Origin: Zygnema circumcarinatum SAG 698-1b
Taxonomy: Eukaryota; Plantae; Zygnematophyceae
Assembly: GCA_037447605.1 (NCBI GenBank)
Contig: CM074804.1
Location: 186,001-250,000, forward strand
Reading direction: 5' to 3'
Length of the DNA stretch: 64,000 nt
A program made the translations under genes and the position numbers. The notes under the pieces were generated by a model. That model was given only the letters and a program-made list of their open reading frames with translations, was not told the origin of the DNA and did no database searches. Positions 42,383-53,800 of the stretch are shown piece by piece; position 1 is the stretch's first letter, and each line of letters opens with the position of its first letter.

Positions 42383-44502
42383 ATGGCGGGCCCTTGCCTG
42401 GCAGTGCGCGCATCCTCCTTCCTGCATCCCCGGCAGCCCGAAGGCGCGCAGGCCGGGCTGGAGGAGCACCCGCTCAACAGCCGCGTGGAAATTCTCCTTC
42501 CGCTCTCGCCGCACTCTCACGCGGAGGGAGGAGGTGCGGGCCTTACGCATGCCTCTGCTCCACGGTGCCGTCGCATGCGACTGTTCCACGGCAGCGTGAT
42601 GCAGTTTTTTTGAATCCTGTCTTGCATCGAACCTCAAAAAGCCTCACATTGTCAACATATTGGCACCCCCTATTGAGTGTAACTACGTCAATCGTCGGTC
42701 TAAGTCAACTGGCAAAGTTAACTGTATGTCTCATGTATGTAATTAGTTTTTTTGAGATCTTTGCCATGTTGTAACGGGTGCAGAAGCGTTAGCAGAAAGC
42801 ACATTCTCTGCTGTCGAGAAGGCGTGCGGAGGGCGGCCTTTTTTCTATTTGGTGCGAATGCCGGTGTCCACTTTTGTGGAGGACCCTTTCTTAAAAAAGT
42901 ACATTAGAAACGAAGGTGTGTTTCTGCAGTTCTCCCACTTGCCCTACAACCGCTAGCTCTAATGCTCGGAAAACGCAAATCCCTTAAACCACTACTCTCC
43001 GAACCCACAAGCGCTACAGTAAAGACCTGAATTCCTTCAAGCTCTAAATGTCTCGCCCAACTCTTGATTTCTCCACTTCAATTTTGAACCAGTGTGCCCC
43101 GGAATTCGGGTTCTGGCTTTATTGCTTCTTAGCATGGAACGGCCATGCTGGGAGCAGGGGAATTTTGTGCACTGTCGTGTGGAACGGAAATTGACTGCAC
43201 GGATGTGACAGCTGTCACGCCTGATGGTGAGTAATCTTTTTTTGTTAGTCTATTTTGAGGTTAGGCAGAAAAGGCTGGGAAGGGTCGAGAACGGTTGAAG
43301 GCGGGTAGTGGTAGAGGGGAAGGGGACGAGGAGAGGAGTGGGAGGGAGGGAAGGAGGGTGAGAGGGTAGGGGATACGTGTGAGGGAAAGGAGGGGGAGGC
43401 GGAGATGAGAGGGGTTGAGTGGGAGAGAGAGAGGGAGAGGGAGGGCCTTCATTAACAGCAGAAAGTTTCTAGCGCTGCAGGAAAGCTCCACCTTGCAGTC
43501 ACGAAAAGTAGCTACGAGCAGCTCGGACTCTGTGGTACTTTACATCTCCCTCGCCTCTCTCTCTTCTTCCTCGTTGTGGTACTCACTTCGCTCCCTCTTC
43601 TCTCAATCCTCCCTTTGTTCGCTCTTTCTTCTTTGTCACTCCCTCTCTCTCTCCCCCTCTCCCACTCTCTCTCTGCTCTCCACACCTTAAATGTCTCGCT
43701 CTATGCAGAATATCATTAAGCGAAGGCCAAATGTTTTCAGCTCAATTGCTTGGGGTTCTGCCTAGACGAAGACTCAAAATTAGCTTCGTCTCTCCTTATC
43801 ATATGCAAATATGAATGTGTCTTCTCCTGCAGTTGCACCGCCTTTATGCTGCTTCTCCTTCACCGTTCTCACTTTCTCTCTGTCTCCCACCCCCCCCTCT
43901 CTCTCCTCTCCCCCTCTCCTGTTTCGGCATGCAGGAGAAGCTTCCCGGCTGACACCTGGCAGGAGATACAGTATCCTCAGACACTCCCTCTCACTCTGCA
44001 GCAGGTCTGCCTTTCCACAGACTTCTTCGCCTTCTCCATTGAGAGGGTCTCAATACCAACTCAACTGAATACCAACACAACCTCAGATACATTAAATGAA
44101 ATACTTCAGCGTTATTTGTTCATTTGCCACAAATTTTGTAAACTGATCCTTGTCCTTGGCATATGGCGAGAAAAGCTGCTGAGCTAGACCCTCTTTAAGT
44201 GTCTGCTTTTGTGTATATGTTCAGGGTTTTTTCTCGTGAGTGCTATGGCTATCTTCTGGAAATGTCAAGAGAGTTTTTTTTCACTCAATGATGGCAGATA
44301 TTTGCATTGATTTGAGGGCGAAATCATTCGCGCCCGGCCGGAAACTGCATGACCGGGTGAGGACCATGTTCTCCCCTCCGAAACTTTTGCAAGTTTTTAG
44401 TTTCTGGACTTCATTTGTATGGAATCCCAAGCAAATCGGCTGGAGGAGAGTGCCTACGATCTGATGCTGTTCTTCAGAGGGAGAGGCAGTGAGATGAGGA
44501 GA

Positions 44503-44548
<46 letters not shown>

Positions 44549-46805
44549 GATTGAGAAGAGGGAGGCACTTATGAGCGGTTGGATTTGGGACTTCTTCTCT
44601 TTTTCTGTAATATTCCCATTTTTTTTTTTTTACAAGGCGTTTCGCTCGGTTTTGTGAGATTGTGAGTTGGAAAACTGAAGCGGAGAGCCATTGTTTTGGA
44701 CCTTCTTGGGACAGGTGGTGCAGTGTTTGAGAGAGCGAGGGGCAGCCATGGAGTTCCTCTGCTCCTTCTTTGTCGGTAAGTCGGAGAGAGCGAGAGAGAG
44801 TGAGGAGGATAACACCTTCCATCAACTCTACACCACCTCCTCTCCATCCATTCCTATTTAAATGTGCCGCCATCTACCTCGTCTCCTGTCCTTCTGTCCC
44901 CCCCCCTCCTCTCTCTCGCTCGTCCCCCCTCCCGACTCCTTCTTCCCTTCCCCCCCTCTCTCTCCATCCCCCTCTCTCTCCCTCCTCTCTCTCCCTCTCA
45001 CCCTCTCTTCTCCCCTCCTCTCTCTCTGCCCTCCCTCTCTCTCCCCTCCTGACCCTCACTCCTCTCTCTCCCCTCTCTCTCTTCCGGCTCTCTCTCTCCA
45101 CCCCCCCTTCTCTCCCCCCCACTCCCCTCTTCCCCACACCTCTCCTTCCTCTATGGCTCTCCCTCACGCTGGGCACTTTCCTTTGCTCTCCTTTTTGCAG
45201 ACGGCATCTGCCAGGCCATAGACTTCCCCTCCTCTTCAGAAAAGCGCGAAATCGGAGTCCAAACACTCTCTGCAGCGCTGCGGCCCTTCCCTCTTCCTCC
45301 TCTCGGGTGCGGCCCGCGGATCAGTCCAGTAGTGGTGTATGAGAGGAAGAGACAGAGGGAGAAGGAGAGGGAGAGAGCGGGAGAGGGAGGGCTTAAAGGA
45401 GTGTCGGTTAGTGGGAGAGGGCATGAAGAGGGTGGAGGAGCTGCGGAGGAGATGGAGGTTGAGGGACGAGGTGGAAGGGAGTGGGATGGGAGAGCTTGTC
45501 CTTTAGATTCGGAGTTTTTGGCAGCGCTTTTTGAGTGGGCGGGAGCAGCCACATGCCAACTGCAGAGGTCGATCTCGCTCTCTCTTTCTCTCTCTCTCTC
45601 GTCTCTCTCGCTCTCGCTTTCTTCCCCTCTCTCTCTCCCTCTCTGTGTCTCGCTCTCATTGAGCTGACTTGCGTAGGTTCGACCTTGCGGCCTGAGCAGG
45701 TACGAATGGCCAATTCCATGGAGGGGGGAGGCCCAGCTGGGAGAGGTCCATGCGATTGGCTGGAAGGGGCTCATCTCGCACGTGCAGGTATGAATGGAAG
45801 AGGAGCAAAGACAAAAAAGACGAAAAAGGGAAAATGGCCGAAGAAGGGGGGGAGTGGGGGATAGGGGGGCGTTTCTCTGATTTTGTTTTGCATGTTGTAA
45901 GCTAAAACTTCGGGTGTATAGTCTATCTGCTTTCACAGTTTCTCCCTTCTCTGGCTTTCATTTTCATACCTTTTTTATTTTTCCGTGTTTTGAGGGTTTT
46001 TGCAGGTGAAAGCATGTGTAGAGCAGGCCAGGTAAGGGATATGAATTGTTAACCTGAAACGTACTTTTTTTTTTTGGGAACTCACATAAGGCAAAAGGTT
46101 CTCGGTTGTTGGAGAACTCCTTTTTAAACCCTCGCAAGGTTAGAATTAAATTGTCTGCTCCTTTTTTTTGCCCTTCTTTTCACTGCAGAGCATTGGTGAC
46201 GTCATCTAAAGTTGCATGGACAGCTGTCGTGGTTTGGGGCTTCGCGGATGCTCCGGTAAGTCCCATAACATTGGTAATATTCATACTTCATGTGAGTGCA
46301 AAGACAAATGTTGACATTGCTTGTAGTTGTATTACTTGTTTACACTTGCTCAGTACTTTTTGTTGTACGGAGCATTCTGACAGGTATCGTGGGGTCAAGC
46401 GGAACATGGGTTCTTGGAAGGAGGAGAGAATGATTCTGTGCTGTTTATATTCCCAAGTGACCGCTTCCTTTTGTTCAGGTAAAGTCTTGGAACATTCGTT
46501 TGGGGTGAGTGAAGAGAGGGAGAGAGAGCTTGCTGTTTTGCAGGAGATAATGTCTGTACTTTGAAGCTCTCCCCATCTCTCTCCGTCCCTCCCCATCTCT
46601 CTTTTCCTCTCGTCTCTCTCCTCTCGCCCTCTCTCTTCTCTTCCTCTGTTTTCCTGTTTTTTCTCAGCATTCCTCTTCCCACCTCTTCCCCCCTCTCCCG
46701 TCTCTATCTTCCCTCCTCTCTCCCTCTCCCTCCCTCTCCTCTCCTAACCTTGAAGTCTCTGCTTTTGCATGCAGAGCTGCGGCCAAAAGTGACATGATGC
46801 GCTGA
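42383..46805 (+). CDS. RPP40: Ribonuclease P/MRP subunit RPP40-like protein, ~11-12 exons
   Basis: Exons splice to MAGPCLAVRASSF...EEHPLNSRVEILLP..|..FFYLVRMPVSTFVEDPFLKKYIRNEG|EFCALSCGTEIDCTDVTAVTPDG|KLHLAVTKSSYEQLGLCG|...NICIDL...|...LFEWAGAA...GSTLRPEQV...|AWTAVVVWGFADAP|VSWGQAEHGFLEGGEN..., matching RPP40 motifs (LPNGKLILSLDKDTYEETGL; EWLGAV; GFADSPVSWEKNEHGF). One phase conflict at 45567-45677. Confidence 0.85.
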
Positions 46806-47872
46806 TGCTTCCGAGGAGCCTTTCCACTGAGCTTTCGTGGAGGCTTCTCCTTCTAAGCTGCTCTTTCATGAGGGCTCGGCTGGCTGTCTCTCTGCTTATG
46901 GAGGCCGTGGGAGAGTCATTGAAGGAGCGCCTCTAGGGAGTGGAAATGGCCGCCTTTTTACTGTATTCATAGACTCACCAAAATATCGAAGCAACTTTTG
47001 AGCCAATGACAAGGCGATTTGTGATGATTTGTGGCGATTTGTGATGGAAATCTACCTTTTTTAATGCAAGGTGTTGAGAATAGGTGTTGGGGAAGGGGTG
47101 GGGAGAAGAGGAAGTGAGGGAGAAAGAAAGGTAAATCGCTCTCCAGCTCATTCGTAGGCTATCTACCTGTCACCAGCATCAGCAATTATGATTCGGCAAC
47201 GAATGTATGTCAAAACATCCAGAAAAGTTACCAAAGTGCCACTCAAAAAAGCCCACAGGTAGCGCAAGCAGACTTTCAGATACTGTTGATTTCAGCAGAT
47301 AATGCTTCACTAGGTTGGACCATTCTATGGCATATTTATCCAGCTAGGATTTTTAAAATGTACATTTTGGCTGGACTTCGAATGCTATTGGCGAGAAGTC
47401 TAAGCACACTAGCGCATCAAACGTCCCCCCCCCCGACCCTCTTACTTCCTTGGGCTCTCCTTTCTCTCGCTCTCCCTCTCTCCCTGGCTCTCTATCTCCC
47501 TCTCTCCCTCGCTCTATGTTCACCTGATAATTGGCTAATCCTAAAGACTTCAGAGTCCCTCCCTCCCAGTCAGTCACCTCGCAGGGCTTAAGTGAAGGCC
47601 GTCCATAGCCCTTATTGCTTGGAGCCAGCAGACATTCATTTACACTGCGAGCAATACGCTCCTCAACTCCATTTCCTCCATGCAAGGGTTCCTCCACATA
47701 AAATCCCCAAATCGTTTAAATCCTTGACAATCTTGAATCAATAAAGCTCCTCAATATCAATCTTCCGCAACTCCTTTCCGTCTCCCTCCTCAGCTCCAGA
47801 CCTCCGACCGCCCAAGGGAGGCCTTTGGACTGCTTTATATGATGCAGATCACCTTTGTTTCGTCTACTATCC

Positions 47873-50800
47873 TCACCAGAAGGGACACCACCCAATATAG
47901 CTCTGGCAGAGATTTTCATGTGAGGTAGCCTGACCTATCAGCCTCTGTACTTGGGTTTTCACACTAAGGCCGGGTTCCGTTTCCCGAGCATCTACGGGTC
48001 CCAGCACAGCCCCTGAAGTTGTCCTTTCCAGCCCCCCATATGCTGAAGCTTGCAGACTCCCAATAGACCCCCCACTTGCAGGCACAGTCCCAAAGTCTCT
48101 CCCTGTCAGCTTATTACTCATACGAGTCATAACGGCAACCGCTCTCTCATTCAGCACCTCATTGGCATCTCCCAGTTGCCCAACTGCTTGAAGAAGCTCC
48201 CTCTCTCTTGCCCCTCTCTGAGGGGGGGAGGGGAGGTTTCCAGTAGCTGCTAACTCGTCTACCCCTCCCCCCCCAGGTGGGCGAGGAAGACCAGCTGCTG
48301 CATGGCCTCCGGTGGGAGTCAAATTGAACAGTCTCCAGTTGATAAGAGGATCGTGAACAAATGCTTCCATCATAGCCATAACAGAGTCTTTGTTGGAACG
48401 CAACACCTGCAGAACTGCCTCACATGTGAAGCGGAAATTCCCCTCAATTCCACTCACCTCCATGGCCTTCACCAGCATGCGTGTCAGTCGAAAGGGCACC
48501 TTCTCGGGAAACTTCTCTCGGTTCATCGAAGCTTCAAAGCAGTCCCCAAAATCGATGTGGATGATCTTTCCCGAAAACCGATCCAACATGAGGTTGCTAG
48601 GATGGCGATCTCCAAGGCCCAAAAGGTAGCCTACCATGCTCATTACCGCCAAACTTCTGGTATAGTTTGTCCGCCTATCCAGCCATACTTCTGAGCTTCG
48701 GCTCTTCAGCCAAAGGACACGAGCCAAGTCGTTCCCTGGAGTGTTCTCTAAGGCGTGCTCAAAAACCTCCACTTTCGCCATCAAGGTTAAGTGGTCATAG
48801 TCCGGGGCAAAGGCAAGCATAAAGCGGTGCTCCGCATTCACTGCCGTTTTTCGCGCATCACGGTATTCTCGGATGAGTTGGTGTAGGGTATCGCAATGGG
48901 GGAGCCACCCAATAAGGCCTGAGTTGGGAGAGAGGGGAATAACAGCATACCGCTCTATGGAGAGGTCTTTTTCTGCCGCTGAGCGCGCATTGGTGAGGAG
49001 AGTATTGACCAGACCAAAGAGCTGCATGACACGCTCGTCCAGCCTTAGGTCTTCATGTCCTTTCAGAAGAAACACATATTCCGCCCCATCGCTTCCGTAG
49101 ATCACGATCTTTCTAGGTCGCTGTTTTGATGTGATGACTTGAATTTGTTGAGCAAATCCTCCGATGGTTACCACCGGCGATCCGGCCCGATAAGTTCCCG
49201 GCATGGCCAGCTCCAAATTCTTCGCTTCCACGAGAGCAGGAGACACGTAATGGAGCTCAAGAGTGGTGAGAGAGGGAAGCTGCTTGTTTATGCGCTTAAA
49301 CACATGGTAGTAGAGATCCCAAGCCTGAGTCAGCTCAGCCTCCTTCCCTGTACGACGATAATTCATGCAGCATTCGTTGGCCTCCTGCAACTCATGCCCA
49401 TATGCTTGCACGAAGGCTATCTCTTTGAGGGTTTCTGCCCCCTGCTTTTCAAGCATGGAGTGAAGGGGAGCCAACACTGCCAGCATACCCTCCACATTCC
49501 TCTCCCCAAAGTAGAGTCTAGAAGCTTCTTCAAGGGCTTCATGCCACATTTCATGCCACAGAATGGCCACCCGAATGAGTTCAACACTCACAAGCTGTGC
49601 TTCATCCACTAGAACTGCACTGTGGGCTCTCACATTGTCTAACACAGACTGGGCAGCAGTTCTACGAGCATTGCTCATAGACTTGCAAGCCACCAGCAAG
49701 GGGAACATGAGGGCTTGTGGATGGTGTCTCCCGATGCGAATTAAAAGGCTTTGAATGAGGCCACGAACGGCCGGCACACTAGCGTGAATCCGGGCAATAA
49801 TCTGAGGAATAACGAGCAGCCACGTATCAATGTTCACAACCGCAAAACCCTCCTGTAGAGCTGCCTGCACCTCCGCCCCATTTCCATGGCTGAACCATAG
49901 CGTGAGAAGACGGAGAATGTCCTGCACACTGTCGTCGCCATTGTCTCGACCAGGAGGGGAAAGTGCAATAGATCTAAAATAACCAGATACGGCTGCCACT
50001 ACATGCCGCTGCGCTCCCTGCGGATTTCCCCTCACTGTATAATACGACATAGCTGCCGTGTTGAAAAGGGCCCAAACATGCCACGCCTTTCCCCACCCCC
50101 TTGCCTCTTCTGTAGCTGCTCGGAGAGATGCAGTTATCTCCCCTACAGCCGGCTCTGAGAGAGCAGGCTGAAGTGCCCATGCCCAGCTTCCCAGCTTCAG
50201 AAACACGCGAGCAGCTAAAGAAACCGAGGTGCCCAGTTGACCTAAATTTGCAGACCCTATTCCACCTTGCCCCAATCTCCTCCCTCCTGAACCAGCTCCT
50301 ACAGCACCTCCAGAAAGCAAAGCAGCAGCCCCACCCATAGAGAGAGCAGTCCCTCCTTCCCCCTGCTGAGCCATCTCAGATGCCAAATCCTGTAAATGTC
50401 GATACGCTTGTCGCCTTGTGGTCTCCCCTCCTAACGACCACATATGTTTAAGGTAGGCCAGCATAACCTGAGGCACGGCGTTAGTACGGAGGCTCCCCAT
50501 AGTGGATGCACCCATATGACTGCTACCTTGTGCTATTCCCACCGCCACTCCATTCATGGCTGCTCCCACCCCCACCTGACCCATGGCCATAGCTGCTACC
50601 CTTCCTATCCCTCCTCCTCCTCCTCCTCCTCCTCCTCCTCCTGAGCTGCCCATATCAAGGGAGTGGCCTGCCTGCTCGGGATCATACTGCAGAAGGCGGA
50701 GAAGAGTGGAATGTGACTGAGAGATGCGTCCGCTCTTCCTACAAAGAGAAGAAAACTTTAGCCAAGTGGGGACATCTTCCGCCATAGGCAGCACTAGGGA

Positions 50801-53800
50801 GCGTACTGCCAACAGAGCCTGCCATACCTCCACATTCCGCTGCGTTCCGCGAATCCGGTCCTGCCACATCTGCTGAATTAGGGCTGCTCTCGGCTCCGAA
50901 ACAGGGAGCTGCGAATACTCGATCACCTCCTCCAACTCTGCCAACTGCTGCACTCTCACCACATCCCCATAAGCCCTCTCATAGCTCTCTAACACGAGAG
51001 CTGCGAGTTCCGTAGCAAGAAGCTTCCTTGCCCTGTCCACATACATTCTAGCCTCGCTGTGTTGCCCTCTCCTTACACAGAGCACAGCCCGAAAGAAGGC
51101 CCCATCGCTTGAGCCCACTCCGAGCCCTCCTCCTGCCTGTGGAGCACTTGCATGGAGGACCATTCTGCCACCTGTACCCCCTGGCGAGTCGCCCCCATCA
51201 TCCAGAACAGAGACATATTCTGCCATCTCATCCCACTTCCCCATATTCCACGCTGCTTGAGCTCCGAGGGGTGCCATTTCCAGCCTCGCTGAAGGCTCTG
51301 CAGGGGCCCAAGCTTCCTTACAGAGAGCAGAAAGTTCTTCCCAGTGAGCTAAAGCTCCCAGACATCTCATTCTGCCTAAAGTGGCATCAAGCATCGCATG
51401 GGGGCTGAGAGCAGCTCCTGCCTTCCTCTCATATGCAGCTAAGGCCTCATCCCACCTCTGCAACTTCTCATACCAAGACTCTTTCAACTCCACGGCTAAG
51501 TGCTGCTGTGCATACACCAGAATTCCCACTGCTGCTTCGTGCTGCTGCAGCTGATTGTTGACATGAATGAGAGCCTCCACAGTGGTAGTGGGGCTCTGCT
51601 CAAATTCCATCTCCTTGTAGTGCAGGGCCTTAGCGTATGCGTGGCATTTCTCCGCCAATGCCCCTAAGGTGCGGATATCCACAGGAAGGGGCTTCTCATC
51701 GTGCTCCATAAACTCTGCCAGGTTAAGAAGAGTGGCCAGAATTTCTGGGGGAATATTGGGAGAGGCAAATGCTGCCTCGAGACTGCGTACAAGCTGCTCC
51801 TGCGCTGTCTCATTCAGCTCCGCCCAGCAGCTTACAAAACCCGCTGCAAACAGCTCTCGGGCTACATGAGGCTGCAACTGAGCCAAACCCGCACACGTTC
51901 TGAGAGCAGGAGAGGGAGACTCCTTCAGCAGCTGCACGCTAAAGTGTCGCATCCACTCTGCCCAATCCTCCTTAGTGGACCTCTGGGAGCTCTCCCATGC
52001 CTTCTTTAGGCTCCTCTCATTCACCTTCAATTGCCGCCCAGCCACTACCTCGGTCGCCTCTCCCTCCATCCTCTCGCTCTCTCCCTCCACGCTAAACCCA
52101 TTCATGCTACCGCTGCTCCCATGGGGCGCCCCTCCCCCCCAAGGAGATGCTGCCCCCACAGTACTATGGGACCCTGCAGGAAGCACATCCATCAGTAATG
52201 CAGGCTCCCTCCGCATGACTCTAGCAGCGACATTGTCAAACTTCGCATGCTGCATTCTGTGCCGCTGCATGAGCTTCCGAATCGAAGGCACAAATATTAA
52301 AAAGTCAGCACCTTGAGCCACTGCTAGGGCACAAATCGCATCTGCAGCCTCTCTCCTTAGCTCGTCTATGGGTCCATCAAGCACCCGCATGAGGGGGTGC
52401 ACTATGGCTGCAGCATGCCCAGCAACCTGCATTGCAGGAAGCAGTCTGGCCAGAGTGCGGAGGGCAGCCCTTTGAATCTCAAGAGGAGCATCGGAAAGAC
52501 CGGGCTTGAAAAGTCGCACAAGGGCAGGCAATAGGAGGTGCATGTGGTCCTCCATGCTCGCCCCGAAGACCTCAAAGGTATGCAGAACAGGGGGCACCTT
52601 TGTGTAATCGCCTGTGCGTTCCGCTTCACTCAATATAGCTACACATCGAGGGAGAATTTCAGGCATGTGAGCTCGAAATTCGTCGTTCAGGGCCCGGCAG
52701 AGCTGCTCAACGAGGTTGAGGACGGGAGAGGCGGCGGGAGGGCGAGGAAGAACAGGCAGCATGAGCGCGTTCCAGTAGTCAAATATGAGAGAGAGAAGCT
52801 CATTCAAGTATTTCCGCATGTGTTGGCGGACAATGGCGACCAGCTGGGCAAGTTGCCAGAAGAGAAACTCCCGCAGCCCATCCTCGCAGGTCCTCATAAC
52901 GTGAAAGAGTTCGGGCATGACTTTGGGAAGATAGGGCACACAGGCAAGCCCCATAGCTTTGAATATGTACATAACAGAGCCCACTACCCTCTGATGGTAG
53001 CTAGCAAGGGCCCCATCTCGGAGAATGCGCATCAATGCAGTGATGGCTACAGTGGAGTAATAGTCATCAGAGGTAGTGGATAGGCCTCCAGGTGGCAGCA
53101 GTTCTGTGGAGGGATCGTCCACTGACCTAGCATGCACGTGCGCTATGTGGCCCCCTCCCCCTCCTCCTCCTCCATCTGACGGCCCAGTGGATGCTACATT
53201 TGCAGGCTGGAGAGAGAGAGCTAACTGGTTTCTTTTATGAGTATGGGGGTCAAGAGCTCCCAGTATACCCAACACCTGCAGAACGGTTCTCCTCATCGAC
53301 CAAGCAAGCTCCCCATTGAGGAGGCGGAGAAGCAATCCAAGAAGCTGGGGATACTCTGTATAGGGAGTCACCACATATCCCGTCGACTCTACAACCTGCC
53401 CAAGTGTGGCCACTGCAATTTCCTTTTTCCCTCCTGCAGCTCCGTCATGAAGAGCATCCACAATGAGAGGAAGGAGCTCTCCAAGGTAAGATCGAAGGGC
53501 TCCCCCTCCCACCTTCGCCAACTCACCTACCGTAGCCAGCACACTCCCCACTACCCCCATAGTCCCCCCTCCTCCCGGAGCTCCCGCAGTGCCTGCAGCT
53601 CCTGTTGTTCCTTCCCGCAGCTTTCCTATCAACACTCGAAGAACAGGCGGTATATACGGCACGATAAGGCGAGTGCATCCACGAATAAGGCAGCCGAGCA
53701 GTCGGGCACTCTCTTCCTTCTGTTTGCTGTCTGTGCTGTGCTCTAAGTCCCCCAGTAGCTGCAAGAGATGCCTCCTGAGGGCTGGCAAAACATACGCCGG

